Assembly: GCA_013265495.1 (NCBI GenBank)
Contig: MU058844.1
Location: 13,166,184-13,230,183 of the forward strand
Direction: 5' to 3'
DNA: 64,000 nt
DNA from: Vicugna vicugna
Lineage: Eukaryota
Positions 62,641 to 64,000 of this stretch are shown piece by piece. How positions within the stretch are numbered: position 1 is the first letter of the stretch; every line of letters starts with the position of its first letter. Both the position numbers and the translations under genes were made by a program. Under the pieces are notes generated by a model. It was not told where the DNA came from. It searched no databases and worked only from the letters and a program-made list of their open reading frames with translations.

Positions 62641-64000
62641 ATGTAAGGCATCCCAAGACCTCTCAGATTTGGTGCTGGTGCCTCTTGCTAGCTTTGCATG
62701 TTAATAAGTGTGGACACTGGATTAACTGGGTGAATCTAAGGCTTTGCTGGACATATTTTCATGTGCAGGGTACATAGGAAGGATGAATTAGGGCTCTGGA
62801 ATTCCTGAAGGCAAAGACAATGTGCTTCAGTTTCTACTTACTTTGTTTCTTTCCTCCCTGCTTCAATCTTCAAATTGAATCTTTAATCCTAGAAAGTGAA
62901 TCATCCTTGATAAATATATTACAGGGGCTGGACAAGACCAATAGCAGGCATTGGGAGAGGAAAGACGCCAGTCACTTTCCTGTTTACTTTTTGTGCCATC
63001 ACAGAACACAACTGTATTTGTTTTTCGGTTGAAAGGTCAAGGCCCTGTGCAGAGCTCTCATCTATGAATGAACGGGTGACTGTTTCCTTTTCCTTTTTCT
63101 GGCATTAGGCTACTCTGAGACTTCCTCCAAAGGTTTATGAGTATCTTTGCTGCAGTGAATAACATGGGGTTAGACTTCCTTTTTGGAGGAGATAAACCTG
63201 AGTCATTCAAAGGCTTCTTGTTATTCAGATTCCTTTGTAAGTGTCAGCTTAACCGGCTGGACCTGTGGCTTCCCTTCTATCACCTCATCTGCCTGTTTAT
63301 CTTCCTTGTTCATTTCTCTCTGTCGAATGAGGAGAGTAACTAACTGGTGAAGCTGTGTGTACAGTATTTGCAAAATGACGTTGCTGTTTTGTCCGAGGAG
63401 GAGCCCTTTACCTTCTTGCTACTTGATTGAGAAGAAAAGGTCTATTAAGAAGGTTTGTGCTGGGTAATGATTATGTGCCTCTATCTCTTTTAATTCCTGC
63501 TTTAAAAAGGAAGTGACTCATACAGTAGATAAACTGGACTTGAAAGAATGTCTGGCTTATGCAAAGCTCTTATTTACATCCTAGGCTCTTTCATTCACAG
63601 GGAAATAGGGACTCAAGGACTTTGGGGCAGGAGTTCCTCCCTTTTTTATTTCTGTTCTTTAATAGGCAGTGGCCTAAATGATCTCTGGAAGATTTTTGTT
63701 TGTTTGTTTGTTTGTTTGTTTTCTGCCTTTAACATATCCCCCACTCAGGCTTCCCTTTCTCTGTTGAAAATAGGAATTGCATGAATGTCAGAGAAGAGAC
63801 TAGAGAGATACTATAGACAGCTCTTCTATCTTGTATTCCTAACTCCTCAGAGTCTCAGACCCTCCATTACTGGTAGCTCATATCTATCGAGATGGGGCTT
63901 CATTTACTCCCTGCCTGGTCCTTCACAGGGTTTAGTAAAGTGGTTTAGACTACAGCTTTAAAGCTTGTGCTTCAGTGTCAGCTAGACAGTTTGGTTTCAA

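Noticed and set aside
7383..63520. Window-wide enrichment of AP-1 heptamers (about a dozen seen)
   Set aside because: About 8 are expected by chance in 64 kb at uniform base composition, so only local clusters are reported
175..63784. The short ORFs in the six-frame track as protein-coding genes
   Set aside because: All are 161 aa or shorter, overlap repeats or microsatellites or lack recognisable domains, and show no coherent exon chain. Only 62020-62208(-) has recognisable homology, and it is an L1 ORF2 remnant.

Overview
Mammalian, not prokaryotic, DNA. Three copies of a tRNA-Ala-derived SINE that I recognise as the camelid Vic-1 type, plus cetartiodactyl-type L1 tails, point to a camelid (Camelus/Vicugna/Lama). 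Positions 1-~3745 read as the distal part of a long, repeat-poor 3'UTR on the + strand, ending at AATAAA 3721. I cannot securely name the gene; CREB5 is an unverified recall-level guess. The remaining ~60 kb is intergenic, a mosaic of MIR, L2, old L1M, MaLR/ERVL LTRs, hAT and Tigger MITEs, lineage-specific L1/SINE copies, microsatellites and enhancer-like motif clusters. No intact protein-coding gene is supported; the only ORF with recognisable homology is an L1 ORF2 C-terminal remnant (62020-62208, -). I found no new multi-gene system. The best observations are: (1) a ~0.9 kb CpG-island-like tract at 33.6-34.5 kb, apparently built from an L2 and a camelid SINE by weak-to-strong substitutions (candidate GC-biased gene conversion hotspot), next to a structured 14-bp minisatellite; (2) a tailless 5'-half tRNA-Met retropseudogene with target-site duplications (TSDs) at 44.0 kb; (3) two 33-46 nt L1-tail micro-insertions with TSDs; (4) a nested DNA-transposon stack at 23.75-24.55 kb; (5) several precise TF-site arrangements (perfect DR3, ETS/AP-1 composite, duplicated SOX+GATA unit). 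Repeat family names come from remembered consensus sequences, and boundaries of old repeats are approximate.
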